The notes below the pieces were generated by a model, which was given only the letters and a program-made list of their open reading frames with translations, searched no databases and was not told where the DNA came from. Position numbers and translations under genes: made by a program. DNA of 63,601 nucleotides, counting the filler, from Choristocarpus tenellus KU-1152 (taxonomy: Eukaryota > Protista > Phaeophyceae), in NCBI GenBank assembly GCA_964200185.2. It is 11 parts of 11 records of this genome, joined end to end, with 100 filler letters (N's around TTAATTAATTAA, not from the genome) between each part and the next. Parts side by side here need not be neighbours in the genome. Positions count along the whole stretch, not along the records: positions 61,057 to 63,601 come from CAXNAD020026890.1; 10 more parts are not named here. The stretch is one strand, 5' to 3'. How positions within the stretch are numbered: the first letter of the stretch is position 1; the number at the start of each line of letters is the position of its first letter. This document shows, piece after piece, positions 63,211 through 63,601 of this stretch.

Positions 63211-63601
63211 CTGTGAGCTACATGTACATCAAATGTGCGATGATGTGTCGTTAGGAGATCGGTAAAGAACAAGCTTTGAGGATGTGAAGGATTTAGGGTT
63301 AACAGTGAATCGATCAGAGAAGGGTTACCAGGGGATGCGTGTAGCACAGCAGAACCCTATAGACTTAAGGTTCTTTGGAAACTGATGGCCTTCACCGTTC
63401 GATATAACACATCAAGTTCCTTCATTACTGTCTGCCCTATGTCAAGTGTGGTGTCGTGTGGAGACAACTTAGTTGGGAATGTTTAACCCACCTTCAACCT
63501 GTAGGTGTGTGTGAACTCCCTGCTGTTCTTGGGGTCAAAGTATCTTGGGGGGGGGGTGTCGGCGCCCGTTTTTCACCCTTTTTTCTAGTTTTATATTTTT
63601 T

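Noticed and set aside
1-63601. Fanzor/TnpB, giant-virus core genes, rRNA or tRNA
   Set aside because: No RuvC/Zn-finger motif set, viral hallmark gene or structured RNA gene was recognised by eye. This absence is not proven without profile searches.

Overview
This is eukaryotic, intron-rich, repeat-littered DNA, not a prokaryotic locus. It consists of 11 unrelated contigs joined by artificial 100-nt spacers (N44-TTAATTAATTAA-N44), so adjacency across spacers means nothing. Gene and transposon content (KIF-binding protein, a CFAP221-like exon, DD39D-type mariner, RTE-type LINE, TTAGGG-like motifs) suggests a flagellated stramenopile, probably a brown alga; this is inference. Host genes: an apparently complete multi-exon KIF-binding protein gene, plus partial ankyrin-repeat, IQ-motif, coiled-coil and hypothetical genes. 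Mobile DNA: two abundant MITE families and longer relatives, all sharing G-N4-AAAGTATCT termini and mostly 3-bp TSDs, plus Gypsy, LINE and mariner relics. Best finding: a ~310-bp decayed bacterial dksA gene of Rickettsiales type (4519-4828, minus strand) inserted into a Gypsy pol relic between 4-nt direct repeats, most simply a bacterium-to-host DNA transfer. Also notable are an unnamed ~120-aa protein domain present as two diverged pseudogene copies on different contigs, and a 7 x ~56-bp hairpin-forming tandem array. No CRISPR array, rRNA or tRNA was recognised. All protein identities come from recalled motifs, not database searches.
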